NCBI RefSeq assembly: GCF_036321535.1
Contig: NC_087436.1
Location: 2,480,001-2,544,000 of the forward strand
Origin: Camelus dromedarius
Lineage: Eukaryota
DNA: 64,000 nt
Direction: 5' to 3'
Position 1 is the first letter of the stretch. Each line of letters opens with the position of its first letter. Both the position numbers and the translations under genes were made by a program. This document shows, piece by piece, positions 22,701 through 37,700 of this stretch. The notes under the pieces are model-generated. The model did not search any database. It was not told the origin of the DNA and saw nothing but the letters and a program-made list of their open reading frames with translations.

Positions 22701-25700
22701 AAGGAAGGCTTTCACACACACTTATCTCTCACAACTGAGCATGTGGAGAGACGTTCGTTCATCTAGCACAAAGGGAACGTGTTGCATTAGAAACTTTTAC
22801 TCTGGTTTCTCCGTATGTTTCCTAGTGCTTGTTTGAAGTTCCTGCATTTTTCACTGTAAAACCGAGTTGGAGCTAGTACCTCCCCATAAATATGTATGGA
22901 GTGGAGTTTGCAACTGAAAAGAAACTTTGTGTTCCAAACAAGCTAGGTGAAGGACGGCTTTCACACACACTTATCTCTCAGAACTGAGCATGTGGAGAGA
23001 CGTTTGTTCATCTAGCGCAAAGGGAACGGTTTGAAGGTTAAACTTTTACTCATTTTTCTCACTCTGTTTCCTAGTGCCGGTTTGAAGTTCCTGCAGTTTT
23101 CACTGTAAAACCGAGTTGGAGCTAGTAACTCCCCATATATATATATGGAGTGGATTTTGCAACTGAAAAGAAACTTTGTGTTCCCAACAAGCTAGGTGAA
23201 GGACGGCTTTCACACACACTTATCTCTCACAACTGAGCATGTGGAGAGACGTTCGTTCATCTAGCACAAAGGGAACGGGTTGCATTAGAAAATTTTACTC
23301 TGGATTCTCATTCTGTTTCCTAGTGCAGGTTTGTAGTTCCTGCAGTTTTCACTGTAGAAATGAGTTGGAGCTAGTACCTCCCCATAAATAAGTATGGAGT
23401 GGAGTTTGCAACTGAAAAGAAACTTTGTGTTCCCAACAAGATAGTTGAAGTTCGGCTTTCACGCAGACTTATCTCTGAGAACTGAGCATGTGGAGAGACG
23501 TTCGTTCATCTAGCACAAAGGGAACGTGTTGCAGGAGAAACTTTTACTCTGGTTTCTCAGTCTGTTTCCTAGTGCCGGTTTGAAGTTCCTGCAGTTTTCA
23601 CTGTAAAACCGAGTTGGAGCTAGTACCTCCCTATATATATGTATGGAGTGGAGTTTGCAACTGAAAAAAACTTTGTGTTCCCAACAAGCTAGTTGAAGGA
23701 CGGCTTTCACACACAATTATCTCTCAGAACTGAGCATGTGGAGAGACGTTCGTTCATCTAGCACAAAGGGAACGGGTTGCATTAGAAAATTTTACTCTGG
23801 TTTCTCATTCTGTTTCCTAGTGCAGGTTTGAAGTTCCTGCAGTTTTCACTGTAAAAATGATTTGGAGCTAGTACCTCCCCATAAATATGTATGGAGTGGA
23901 GTTAGCAACTGAAAAGATACTTTGTGTTCCCAACAAGGTAGTTGAAGGACGGCTTTCACACAGACTTATCTCTGAGAACTGAGCATGTGGAGAGACGTTC
24001 GTTTATCTAGCACAAAGGGAACGTGTTGCAGGAGAAACTTTTACTCTGGTTTCTCAGTCTGTTTCCTAGTGCCGGTTTGAAGTTCCTGCAGTTTTCACTG
24101 TAAAACCGACTTGGAGCTATTACCTCCCTATATATATGTATGGAGTGGAGTTTGCAACTGAAAAGAAACTTTGTGTTCCCAACAAGCTAGGTGAAGGACG
24201 GCTTTCACACACAATTATCTCTCAGAAATGAGCATGTGGAAAGACGTTCGTTCATCTAGCACAAAAGGAACGGGTTGCAGGGGAAACTTTTTCTCTGGCC
24301 TCTCAGTCTGTTTCCAAGTGCCGGTTTGAATTTCCTGCAGTTTTCACTGTAAAACCGTGTTGGAGCTAGTACCTCCCCATATGTATGTATGGAGTGGAGT
24401 TTGCAACTGAAAAGAAACTTTGTGTTCCCAACAAGCTAGGTGAAGGACGGCTTTCACACACAATTCTCTCTCACAACTGAGCATGTGGAGAGACATTCGT
24501 TCATCTAGCACAAAGGGAACGTGTTGCATTAGAAACTTTTACTCTGGTTTCTCAATATGTTTCCTAGTGCCGGTTTGAAGTTCCTGCAGTTTTCACTGTA
24601 AAACCGAGTTGGAGCTAGTACCTCCCCATAAATATGTATGGAGTGGAGTTTGCAACTGAAAAGATACTTTGTGTTCCCAACAAGCTAGGTGAAGGACGGC
24701 TTTCACACACACTTATCTCTGAGAACTGAGCATGTGGAGAGACGTTCGTTCATCTAGCACAAAGGGAACGTGTTGCAGGAGAAACTTTTACTCTGGTCTC
24801 TCAGTCTGTTTCCTAGTGCCGGTTTGAAGTTCCTGCAGTTTTCACTGTAAAACCGAGTTGGAGCTAGTACCTCCCCTTATATATGTATGGAGTGGAGTTT
24901 TCAACTGAAAAGAAACTTTGTGTTCCCAACAAGCTAGGTGAAGGACGGCTTTCACACACACTTATCTCTCAGAACTGAGCATGTGGAGAGACGTTCGTTC
25001 ACCTAGCACAAAGGGAAAGGTTTGCAGGAGAAACTTTTACTCTGTCTTCTCAGTCTGTTTCCTAGTGCCGGTTTGAAGTTCCTGCAGTTTTCACTGTAAA
25101 ACAGATTTGGAGCTAGTACCTCCCCTTATATATGTATGGAGTGGAGTATGCAACTGAAAAGAAACTTTGTGTTCCCAACAATCTTGGTGAAGGACGGCTT
25201 TCACACACACTTATCTCTCAGAACTGAGCATGTGGAGAGACGTTCGTTCATCTAGCACAAAGGGAACGGCTTGCAGGAGAAACTTTTACTCTGGTTTCTC
25301 AGTCTGTTTCCTAGTGCCGGTTTGAAGTTCCTGCAGTTTTCACTGTAAAACGGAGTTGGAGCTAGGGCCTCCCCATATATATGTATGGATTGGAGTTTGC
25401 AACTGAAAAGAACATTGAGTTCCCAACAAGCTAGGTGAAGGACGGCTTTCACACACACTTATCTCTCAGAACTTAGCATGTGGAGACACGTTCGTTAATC
25501 TAGCACAAAGAGAACGGGTTGCAGGAGAAACTTCTACTCTGGTTTCTCAGTCTGTTTCCTAGTGCCGGTTTGAAGTTCCTGCATTTTTCACTGTAAAACC
25601 GAGTTGGAGTTAGTGCCTCCCTATATATATGTATGGAGTGGAGTTTGCAAATGAAAAGAAACTTTGTGTTCCCAACAAGCTAGGTGAAGGACGGCTTTCA

Positions 25701-28700
25701 CACACAATTATCTCTCAGAACTGAGCATGTGGAGGGACGTTCGTTCATCTAGCACAAAAGGAATGGGTTGCAGGGGAAACTTTTTCTCTGGACTCTCAGT
25801 CTGTTTCCTAGTGCCGGTTTGAAGTTCCTGCAGTTTTCACTGTAAAACCGAGTTGGAGCTAGTACCTCCCCGTATATATATATGGAGTGGATTTTGCAAC
25901 TGAAAAGAAACTTTGTGTTCCCAACAAGCTAGGTGAAGGACGGCTTCACACACACTTATCTCTCACAACTGAGCATGTGGAGAGACGTTCGTTCATCTAG
26001 CACAAAGGGAACGGGTTGCATTAGAAAATTTTACTCTGGTTTCTCATTCTGTTTCCTAGTGCAGGTTTGAAGTTCCCCCATTTTTCACTGTAAAAATGAG
26101 TTGGAGCTAGTACTTCCCCATAAATATGTATGGAGTGGAGTTTGCAACTGAAAAGAAACTTTGTGTTCCCAACAAGATAGTTGAAGGACGGCTTTCACAC
26201 AGACTTATCTCTGAGAACTGAGCATGTGGAGAGACGTTCGTTCATCTAGCACAAAGGGAACGTGTTGCAGGAGAAACTTTTACTCTGGTTTCTCAGTCTG
26301 TTTCCTAGTGCCGGTTTGAAGTTCCTGCAGTTTTCACTGTAAAACCGATTTGGAGCTAGTACCTCCCTATATATATGTATGGAGTGGAGTTTGCAACTGA
26401 AAAGAAACTTTGTGTTCCCAACAAGCTAGGTGAAGTACGGCTTTCACACACAATTATCTCTCAGAACTGAGCATGTGGAGAGACGTTCGTTCATGTAGCA
26501 CAAAAGGAACGGGTTGCAGGGGAAACTTTTTCTCTGTCCTCTCAGTCTTTTTCCTAGTGCCGGTTTGAAGTTCCTGCAGTTTTCACTGTAAAACCGAGTT
26601 GGAGCTAGTACCTCCCCATTTATATGTATGGAGTGGAGTTTGCAACTGAAAAGAAACTTTGTGTTCCCAACAAGCTAGGTGAAGGAAGGCTTTCACACAC
26701 ACTTATCTCTCACAACTGAGCATGTGGAGAGACGTTCGTTCATCTAGCACAAAGGGAACGTGTTGCATTAGAAACTTTTACTCTGGTTTCTCCGTATGTT
26801 TCCTAGTGCTTGTTTGAAGTTCCTGCATTTTTCACTGTAAAACCGAGTTGGAGCTAGTACCTCCCCATAAATATGTATGGAGTGGAGTTTGCAACTGAAA
26901 AGAAACTTTGTGTTCCCAACAAGCTAGGTGAAGGACTGCTTTCACACACACTTATCTCTGAGAACTGAGCATGTGGAGAGACGTTCGTTCATCTAGCACA
27001 AAGGGAACGTGTTGCAGGAGAAACTTTTACTCTGGTCTCTCAGTCTGTTTCCTAGTGCCGGTTTGAAGTTCCTGCAGTTTTCACTGTAAAACCGAGTTGG
27101 AGCTAGTACCTCCCCTTATATATGTATGGAGTGGTGTTTGCAACTGAAAAGAAACTTTGTGTTCCCAACAAGCTAGGTGAAGGACGGCTTTCACACACAC
27201 TTATCTCTCAGAACTGAGCATGTGGAGAGACGTTCGTTCACCTAGCACAAAGGGAAAGGTTTGCAGGAGAAACTTTTACTCTGTCTTCTCAGTCTGTTTC
27301 CTAGTGCCGGTTTGAAGTTCCTGCAGTTTTCACTGTAAAACAGAGTTGGAGCTAGTACCTCCCCTTATATATGTATGGAGTGGAGTTTGCAACTGAAAAG
27401 AAACTTTGTGTTCCCAACAATCTTCTTGAAGGACGGCTTTCACACACACTTATCTCTGAGAACTGAGCATGTGGAAAGACGTTCGTTCATCTAGCACAAA
27501 GGGAACGGCTTGCAGTAGAAACTTTTACTCTGGTTTCTCATTCTGTTTCCTAGTGCCGGTTTGAAGTTCCTGCAGTTTTCACTGTAAAACCGAGTTGGAG
27601 CTAGTACCTCCCCATATATATGTATGGAGTGGAGTTTGCAACTGAAAAGAAACTTTGTGTTCCCAACAAGCTAGGTGAAGGACGGCTTTCACACACACCT
27701 ATCTCTCACAACTGAGCATGTGGAGAGACGTTCGTTCATCTAGCACAAAGGGAACGTTTTGCATTAGAAACTTTTACTCTGGTTTCTCAGTATGTTTCCT
27801 AGTGCCGGTTTGAAGTTCCTGCAGTTTTCACTGTAAAACCGACTTGGAGCTAGTTCCTCCCCATAAATATGTATGGAGTGGAGTTTGCAACTGAAAAGAA
27901 ACTTTGTGTTCCCAACAAGCTATGTGAAGGACGGCTTTCACACATACTTATCTCTGAGAACTGAGCATGTGGAGAGACGTTCATTCATCTAGCACAAAGG
28001 GAACGTGTTGCAATAGAAACTTTTACTCTGGTCTCTCAGTCTGTTTCCTAGTGCCGGTTTGAAGTTCCTGCAGTTTTCACTGTTAAACAGAGTTGGAGCT
28101 AGTACCTCCCCTTATATATGTATGGATTGGTGTTTGCAACTGAAAAGAAACTTTGTGTTCCCAACAATCTTGGTGAAGGACGGCTTTCACACACACTTAT
28201 CTCTCAGAAATGAGCATGTGGAGAGACGTTCGTTCATCTAGCACAAAGGGAAGGCTTGCAGGAGAAACTTTTACTCTGGTTTCTCAGTCTGTTTCCTAGT
28301 GCCGGTTTGAAGTTCCTGCAGTTTTCACTGTAAAACCGAGTTGGAGCTAGGGCCTCCCCATATATATGTATGGATTGGATTTTGCAACTGAAAAGAACTT
28401 TGAGTTCCCAACAAGCTAGGTGAAGGACGGCTTTCACACACACTTATCTCTCAGAACTTAGCATGTGGAGAGACGTTCGTTCATCTAGCACAAAGGGAAC
28501 GTGTTGCATTAGAAACTTTTACTCTGGTTTCTCAGTATGTTTCCTAGTGCCGGTTTGAAGTTCCTGCAGTTTTCACTGTAAAACCGAGTTGGAGCTAGTA
28601 CCTCCCCATTAATATGTATGGAGTGGAGTTTGCAACTGAAAAAAAACTTTGTGTTCCCAACAAGCTAGGTGAAGGACGGCTTTCACACACACTTATCTCT

Positions 28701-31700
28701 CAGAACTGTGCATGTGGAGAGACGTTCGTTCATCTAGCACAAAGAGAACGTGTTGCAGGAGAAACTTTTACTCTGGTCTCTCAGTCTGTTTCCTAGTGCC
28801 GGTTTGAAGTTCCTGCAGTTTTCACTGTAAAACCGAGTTGGAGCTAGTACCTCCCCTTATATATGTATGGAGTGGAGTTTGCAACTGAAAAGAAACTTTG
28901 TGTTCCCAACAAGCTAGGTGAAGGACGGCTTTCACACACACTTAACTCTCAAATCTGAGCATGTGTAGAGACGTTCGTTCATCTACCACAAAGGGAACGG
29001 CTTGCAGGAGAAACTTTTACTCTGGTTTCTCAGTCTGTTTCCTAGTGCCGGTTTGAAGTTCCTGCAGTTTTCACTGTAAAACGGTGATGGAGCTAGGGCC
29101 TCCCCATATATATGTATGGAGTGGAGTTTGCAACTGAAAAGAACTTTGAGTTCCCAACAAGCAAGGTGAAGGACGGCTTTCACACACACTTATTTTTCAG
29201 AACTTAGCATGTGGAGAGACGTTAGTTCATCTAGCACAAAGGGAACGGGTTGCATTAGAAAATTTTACTCTGGTTTCTCATTCTGTTTCCTAGTGCAGTT
29301 TTGAAGTTCCTGTAGTTTTCACTGTAAAAATGAGTTGGAGCTAGTACCTCCCCATAAATATGTATGGAGTGGAGTTTGCAACTGAAAAGAAACTTTGTGT
29401 TCCCAACAAGGTAGTTGAAGGATGGCATTCACACAGACTTATCTCTGAGAACTGAGCATGTGGAGAGACTTTCGTTCATGTAGCACAAAGGGAACGTGTT
29501 GCAGGAGAAACTTTTACTCTGATTTCTCAGTCTGTTTCCTAGTGCCGGTTTGAAGTTCCTGCAGTTTTCACTGTAAAACCGAGTTGGAGCTAGTACCTCC
29601 CTATATATATGTATGGAGTGGAGTTTGCAACTGAAAAGAAATTTTGTGTTCCCAACAAGCTAGCTGAAGGACGGCTTTCACGCACAATTATCTCTCAGAA
29701 CTGAGCATGTGGAGAGACATTCGTTCATCTAGCACAAAATGAACGGGTTGCAGGGGAAACTTTTCCTCTGGCCTCTCAGTCTGTTTCTTAGTGCCGGTTT
29801 GAAGTTCCTGCAGTTTTCACTGTAAAACCGAGTTGGAGCTAGTACCTCCCCATATATATGTATGGAGTGGATTTTGCAACTGAAAAGAAACTTTGTGTTC
29901 CAAACAAGCTAGGTGAAGTACGGCTTTCACACACACTTATCTCTCAGAACTGAGCATGTGGAGAGACGTTTGTTCATCTAGCACAAAGGGAACGGTTTGA
30001 AGGTTAAACTTTTACTCATTTTTCTCACTCTGTTTCCTAGTGCCGGTTTGAAGTTCCTGCAGTTTTCACTGTAAAACCGAGTTGGAGCTAGTAACTCCCC
30101 ATATATATATATGGAGTGGATTTTGCAACTGAAAACAAACTTTGTGTTCCCAACAAGCTAGGTGAAGGACGGCTTTCACACACACTTATCTCTCACAACT
30201 GAGCATGTGGAGAGACGTTCGTTCATCTAGCACAAAGGGAACGGGTTGCATTAGAAAATTTTACTCCGGTTTCTCATTCTGTTTCCTAGTGCAGGTGTGA
30301 AGTTCCTGCAGTTTTCACTGTAAAAATGAGTTGGAGCTAGTACCTCCCCATAAATATGTATGGAGTGGAGTTTGCAACTGAAAAGAAACTTTGTGTTCCC
30401 AACAAGGTAGTTGAAGGACGGCTTTCACACAGACTTATCTCTGAGAACTGAGCATGTGGAGAGACGTTCGTTCATCTAGCACAAAGGGAACGTGTTGCAG
30501 GAGAAACTTTTACTCTGGTTTCTCAGTCTGTTTCCTAGTGCCGGTTTGAAGTTCCTGCAGTTTTCACTGTAAAACCGAGTTGGAGCTAGTGCCTCCCTAT
30601 ATATATGTATGGAGTGGAATTTGCAACTGAAAAGAAACTTTGTGTTCCCAACAAGCTAGGTGAAGGACGGCTTTCACACACAATTATCTCTCAGTACTGA
30701 GCATGTGGAGAGACGTTCGTTCATCTAGCACAAAAGGAACGGGTTGCAGGGGAAACTTTTTCTCTGGCCTCTCAGTCTGTATCCTAGTGCCGGTTTGAAG
30801 TTCCTGCAGTTTTCACTGTAAAACCGAGTTGGAGCTAGTACCTCCCCATATATATGTATGGAGTGGAGTTTGCAACTGAAAAGAAACTTTGTGTTCCCAA
30901 CAAGCTAGTTGAAGGACGGCTTTCACACACACTTATCTCTGAGAACTGATCATGTGGAGAGACGTTCGTTCATCTAGCACAAAGGGAACGTGTTGCAGGA
31001 GAAACTTTTACTCTGGTCTCTCAGTCTGTTTCCTAGTGCCGGTTTGAAGTTCCTGCAGTTTTCACTGTAAAACCGAGTTGGAGCTAGTACCTCCCCTTAT
31101 ATATGTATGGAGTGGAGTTTGCAACTGAAAAGAAACTTTGTGTTCCCAACAAGCTAGGTGAAGGACGGATTTCACACACACTTAACTCTCAGAACTGAGC
31201 ATGTGGAGAGACGTTCGTTCATCTAGCACAAAGGGAACGGCTTGCAGGAGAAACTTTTACTCTGGTTTCTCAGTCTGTTTCCTAGTGCCGGTTTGAAGTT
31301 CCTGCAGTTTTCACTGTAAAACGGAGATGGAGCTAGGGCCTCCCCATATATATGTATGGAGTGGAGTTTGCAACTGAAAAGAACTATGAGTTCCCAACAA
31401 GCTAGGTGAAGGACGGCGTTCACACACACTTATCTCTCAGAACTGAGCATGTGGAGAGACGTTTGTTCATCTAGCACAAAGGGAACGGTTTGAAGGTTAA
31501 ACTTTTACTCATTTTCTCACTCTGTTTCTTAGTGCCGGTTTGAAGTTCCTGCAGTTTTCACTGTAAAACCGAGTTGGAGCTAGTACCTCCCCATATATAT
31601 GTATGGAGTGGAGTTTGCAACTGAAAAGAAACTTTGTGTTCCCAACAAGCAAGGTGAAGGACGGCTTTCACACACAATTATCTCTCAGAACTGAGCATGG

Positions 31701-34700
31701 GGAGAGACGTTCGTTCATCTAGCAAAAAAGAACGGGTTGCAGGGGAAACTTTTTCTCTGGCCTCTCAGTCTGTTTCCTAGTGCCGGTTTGAAGTTCCTGC
31801 AGTTTTCACTGTAAAACCGAGTTGGAGCTAGTACCTACCCATATATATGTATGGAGTGGAGTTTGCAACTGAAAAGAAACTTTGTGTTCCCAACAAGCTA
31901 GGTGAAGGACGGCTTTCACACACACTTATCTCTCACAACTGAGCATGTGGAGAGACGTTCGTTCATCTAGCACAAAGGGAACGTGTTGCATTAGAAACTT
32001 TTACTCTGGTTTCTCAGTATGATTCCTAGTGCCGGTTTGAAGTTCCTGCAGTTTTCAGTGTAAAACAGAGTTGGAGCTAGTACCTCCCCATAAATTTGTA
32101 TGGAGTGGAGTTTGCAACTGAAAAGAAACTTTGTGTTCCCAACAAGCTAGGTGAAGGACGGCTTTCACACACACTTATCTCTGAGAACTGGTCATGTGGA
32201 GAGACTTTCGTTCATCTAGCACAAAGAGAACGTGTTGCAGGAGAAAGTTTTACTCTGGTCTCTCAGTCTGTTTCCTAGTGCCGGTTTGAAGTTCCTGCAG
32301 TTTTCACTGTAAAACCGAGTTGGAGCTAGTACCACCCCTTATATATGTATGGAGTGGAGCTTGCAAGTGAAAAGAAACTTTGTGTTCCCAACAAGCTAGG
32401 TGAAGTACGGCTTTCACACACACTTATCTCTGAGAACTGAATATGTAGAGAGACGTTCGTTCATCTAGCACAAAGGGAACGTGATGCAGGAGAAACTTTT
32501 TCTCTGGTCTCTGTCTGTTTCCTAGTGCCGGTTTGATGTTCCTGCAGTTTTCATTGTAAAACCGAGTTGGAGCTATTACCTCCCCATATATATGTATGGA
32601 GTGGAGTTTGCAAATGAAAAGAAACTTTGTGTTCCCAACAAGCTAGGTGAAGGATGGCTTTCACACACACTTATCTCTCAGAACTGAGCATGTGGAGAGA
32701 CGTTCGTTCATCTAGCACAAAGGGAACGGGTTGCAGGGGAAACTTTTACTCTGGTTTCTCAGTCTGTTTCCTAGTGCCGGTTTGAAGTTCCTGCAGTTTT
32801 CACTGTAAAACCGAGTTGGATCTAGGGCCTCCCCATATATATGTATGGAGTGGAGTTTGCAACTGAAAAGAAACTTTGAGTTCCCAACAAGCTAGGTGAA
32901 GGACGGCTTTCACACATACTTATCTCTCAGAACTTAGCATGTGGAGAGACGTTAGTTCATCTAGCACAAAGAGAACGGGTTGCAGGAGAAACTTTTACTC
33001 TGGTTTCTCAGTCTGTTTCCTAGTGCCGGTTTGAAGTTCCTACAGTTTTCACTGTAAAACCGTGTTGGAGCTAGTACCTCCCTATAAATATGTATGGAGT
33101 GGATTTTGCAACTGAAAAGAAACTTTGTGTTCCCAACAAGCAAGGTGAAGTACGGCTTTCACACACACTTATCTCTCAGAACTGAGCATGTAGAGAGACG
33201 TTTGTTCATCTAGCACAAAGGGAACGGTTTGAAGGTTAAACTTTTACTCATTTTTCTCACTCTGTTTCCTAGTGCCGGTTTGAAGTTCCTGCAGTTTTCA
33301 CTGTAAAACCGAGTTGGAGCTAGTACCTCCCCATATATATATATGGAGTGGATTTTGCAACTGAAAAGAAAATTTGTGTTCCCAACAAGCTAGGTGAAGT
33401 ACGGCTTTCACACACACTTATCTCTCACAACTGAGCATGTGGAGAGACGTTCGTTCATCTAGCACAAAGGGAACGGGTTGCATTAGAAAATTTTACTCTG
33501 GTTTCTCATTCTGTTTCCTAGTGCAGGTTTGAAGTTCCTGCAGTTTTCACTGTAAAAATGAGTTGGAGCTAGTACCTCCCCATAAATATGTATGGAGTGG
33601 AGTTTGCAACTGAAAAGAAACTTTGTGTTCCCAAGAAGGTAGTTGAAGGACGGCTTTCAAAAAGACTTATCTCTGAGAACTGAGCATGTGGAGAGACGTT
33701 CGTTCATGTAGCACAAAGGGAACGTGTTGCAGGAGAAACTTTTACTCTGATTTCTCAGTCTGTTTCCTAGTGCCGGTTTGAAGTTCCTGCAGTTTTCACT
33801 GTAAAACCGAGTTGGAGCTAGTACCTCCCTATATATATGTATGGAGTGGAGTTTGCAACTGAAAAGAAACTGTGTTCCAAACAAGCTAGGTGAAGTACGG
33901 CTTTCACACACACTTATCTCTCAGAACTGAGCATGTGCAGAGACGTTTGTTCATCTAGCAAAAAGGGAACGGTTTGAAGGTTAAACTTTTACTCATTTTT
34001 CTCACTCTGTTTCCTAGTGCCGGTTTGAAGTTCCTGCAGTTTTCACTGTAATACCGAGTTGGAGCTAGTACCTCCCCATATATATATATGGAGTGGATTT
34101 TGCAACTGAAAAGAAACTTTGTGTTCCCAACAACCTAGGTGAAGGACGGCTTTCACACACACTTATCTCTCACAACTGAGCATGTTGAGAGACGTTCGTT
34201 CATCTAGCACAAAGGGAACGGGTTGCATTAGAAAATTTTACTCTGGATTCTCATTCTGTTTCCTAGTGCAGGTTTGAAGTTCCTGCAGTTTTCACTGTAA
34301 AAATGAGTGGGTGCTAGTACCACCCCATAAATATGTATGGAGTGGAGTTTGCAACTGAAAAGAAACTGTGTGTTCCCAACAAGTTAGTTGAAGGTCGGCT
34401 TTAACACAGACTTATCTCTGAGAACTGAGCATGTGGAGAGACGTTCGTTCATCTAGCACAAAGGGAACGTGTTGCATTAGAAACTTTTACTCTGGTTTCT
34501 CAGTATGTTTCCTAGTGCCGGTTTGAAGTTCCTGCAGTTTTCACTGTAAAACCGAGTTGGAGCTAGTACCTCCCTATATATATGTATGGAGTGGAGTTTG
34601 CAACTGAAAAGAAACTTTGTGTTCCCAACAAGATAGGTGAAGGACGGCTTTCACACACAATTATCTCTCAGAACTGAGCATGTGGAGAGACGTTCGTTCA

Positions 34701-37700
34701 TCTAGCACAAAGGGAACGGGTTGCATTAGAAAATTTTACTCTGGTTTCTCATTCTGTTTTCTAGTGCAGGTTTGAAGTTCCTGCAGTTTTCACTGTAAAA
34801 ATGATTTGGAGCTAGTACCTCCCCATAAATATGTATGGAGTGGAGTTAGCAACTGAAAAGAAAGTTTGTGTTCCCAACAAGGTAGTTGAAGGACGGCTTT
34901 CACACAGACTTATCTCTGAGAACTGAGCATGTGGAGAGACGTTCGTTCATCTAGCACAAAGGGAACGTGTTGCAGGGAAACTTTTACTCTGGTTTCTCAG
35001 TCTGTTTCCTAGTGCCGGTTTGAAGTTCCTGCAGTTTTCACTGTAAAACCGATTTGGAGCTATTACCTCCCTATATATATGTATGGAGTGGAGTTTGCAA
35101 CTGAAAAGAAACTTTGTGTTCCCAACAAGCTAGGTGAAGGACGGCTTTCACACACAATTATCTCTCAGAAATGAGCATGTGGAAAGACGTTCGTTCATCT
35201 AGCACAAAAGGAACGGGTTGCAGGGGAAACTTTTTCTCTGGCCTCTCAGTCTGTTTCCAAGTGCCGGTTTGAATTTCCTGCAGTTTTCACTGTAAAACCG
35301 TGTTGGAGCTAGTACCTCCCCATATGTATGTATGGAGTGGAGTTTGCAACTGAAAAGAAATTTTGTGTTCCCAACAAGCTAGGTGAAGGACGGCTTTCAC
35401 ACACAATTCTCTCTCACAACTGAGCATGTGGAGAGACATTCGTTCATCTAGCACAAAGGGAACGTGTTGCATTAGAAACTTTTACTCTGGTTTCTCAATA
35501 TGTTTCCTAGTGCCGGTTTGAAGTTCCTGCAGTTTTCACTGTAAAACCGAGTTGGAGCTAGTACCTCCCCATAAATATGTATGGAGTGGAGTTTGCAACT
35601 GAAAAGAAACTTTGTGTTCCCAACAAGCTAGGTGAAGGACGGCTTTCACACACACTTATCTCTGAGAACTGAGCATGTGGAGAGACGTTCGTTCATCTAG
35701 CACAAAGGGAACGTGTTGCAGGAGAAACTTTTACTCTGGTCTCTCAGTCTGTTTCCTAGTGCCGGTTTGAAGTTCCTGCAGTTTTCACTGTAAAACCGAG
35801 TTGGAGCTAGTACCTCCCCTTATATATGTATGGAGTGGAGTTTTCAACTAAAAAGAAACTTTGTGTTCCCAACAAGCTAGGTGAAGGACGGCTTTCACAC
35901 ACACTTATCTCTCAGAACTGAGCATGTGGAGAGACGTTCGTTCACCTAGCACAAAGGGAAAGGTTTGCAGGAGAAACTTTTACTCTGTCTTCTCAGTCTG
36001 TTTCCTAGTGCCGGTTTGAAGTTCCTGCAGTTTTCACTGTAAAACAGAGTTGGAGCTAGTACCTCCCCTTATATATGTATGGAGTGGAGTATGCAACTGA
36101 AAAGAAACTTTGTGTTCCCAACAATCTTGGTGAAGGACGGCTTTCACACACACTTATCTCTCAGAACTGAGTATGTGGAGAGACGTTCGTTCATCTAGCA
36201 CAAAGGGAACGGCTTGCAGGAGAAACTTTTACTCTGGTTTCTCAGTCTGTTTCCTAGTGCCGGTTTGAAGTTCCTGCAGTTTTCACTGTAAAACGGAGTT
36301 GGAGCTAGGGCCTCCCCATATATATGTATGGATTGGAGTTTGCAACTGAAAAGAACATTGAGTTCCCAACAAGCTAGGTGAAGGACGGCTTTCACACACA
36401 CTTATCTCTCAGAACTTAGCATGTGGAGACACGTTCGTTAATCTAGCACAAAGAGAACGGGTTGCAGGAGAAACTTCTACTCTGAATTCTCAGTCTGTTT
36501 CCTAGTGCCGGTTTGAAGTTCCTGCATTTTTCACTGTAAAACCGAGTTGGAGCTAGTGCCTCCCTATATATATGTATGGAGTGGAGTTTGCAAATGAAAA
36601 GAAACTTTGTGTTCCCAACAAGCTAGGTGAAGGACGGCTTTCACACACAATTATCTCTCAGAACTGAGCATGTGGAGAGACGTTCGTTCATCTAGCACAA
36701 AAGGAACGGGTTGCAGGGGAAACTTTTTCTCTGGCCTCTCAGTCTGTTTCCTAGTGCCGGTTTGAATTTCCTGCAGTTTTCACTGTAAAACCGAGTTGGA
36801 GCTAGTACCTCCCCGTATATATATATGGAGTGGATTTTGCAACTGAAAAGAAACTTTGTGTTCCCAACAAGCTAGGTGAAGGACGGCTTCACACACACTT
36901 ATCTCTCACAACTGAGCATGTGGAGAGACGTTCGTTCATCTAGCACAAAGGGAACGGGTTGCATTAGAAAATTTTACTCTGGTTTCTCATTCTGTTTCCT
37001 AGTGCAGGTTTGAAGTTCCCCCAGTTTTCACTGTAAAAATGAGTTGGAGCTTGTACTTCCCCATAAATATGTATGGAGTGGAGTTTGCAACTGAAAAGAA
37101 ACTTTGTGTTCCCAACAAGGTAGTTGAAGGACGGCTTTAACACAGACTCATCTCTGAGAACTGAGCATGTGGAGAGACGTTCGTTCATCTAGCACAAAGG
37201 GAACGTGTTGCAGGAGAAACTTTTACTCTGGTTTCTCAGTCTGTTTCCTAGTGCCGGTTTTAAGTTCCTGCAGTTTTCACTGTAAAACCGATTTGGAGCT
37301 AGTACCTCCCTATATATATGTATGGAGTGGAGTTTGCAACTGAAAAGAAACTTTGTGTTCCCAAAAAGCTAGGTGAAGTACGGCTTTCACACACAATTAT
37401 CTCTCAGAACTGAGCATGTGGAGAGACGTTCGTTCATGTAGCACAAAAGGAACGGGTTTCAGGGGAAACTTTTTCTCTGTCCTCTCAGTCTGTTTCCTAG
37501 TGCCGGTTTGAAGTTCCTGCAGTTTTCACTGTAAAACCGAGTTGGAGCTAATACCTCCCCATATATATGTATGGAGTGGAGTTTGCAACTGAAAAGAAAC
37601 TTTGTGTTCCCAACAAGCTAGGTGAAGGAAGGCTTTCACACACACTTATCTCTCACAACTGAGCATGTGGAGAGACGTTCGTTCATCTAGCACAAAGGGA

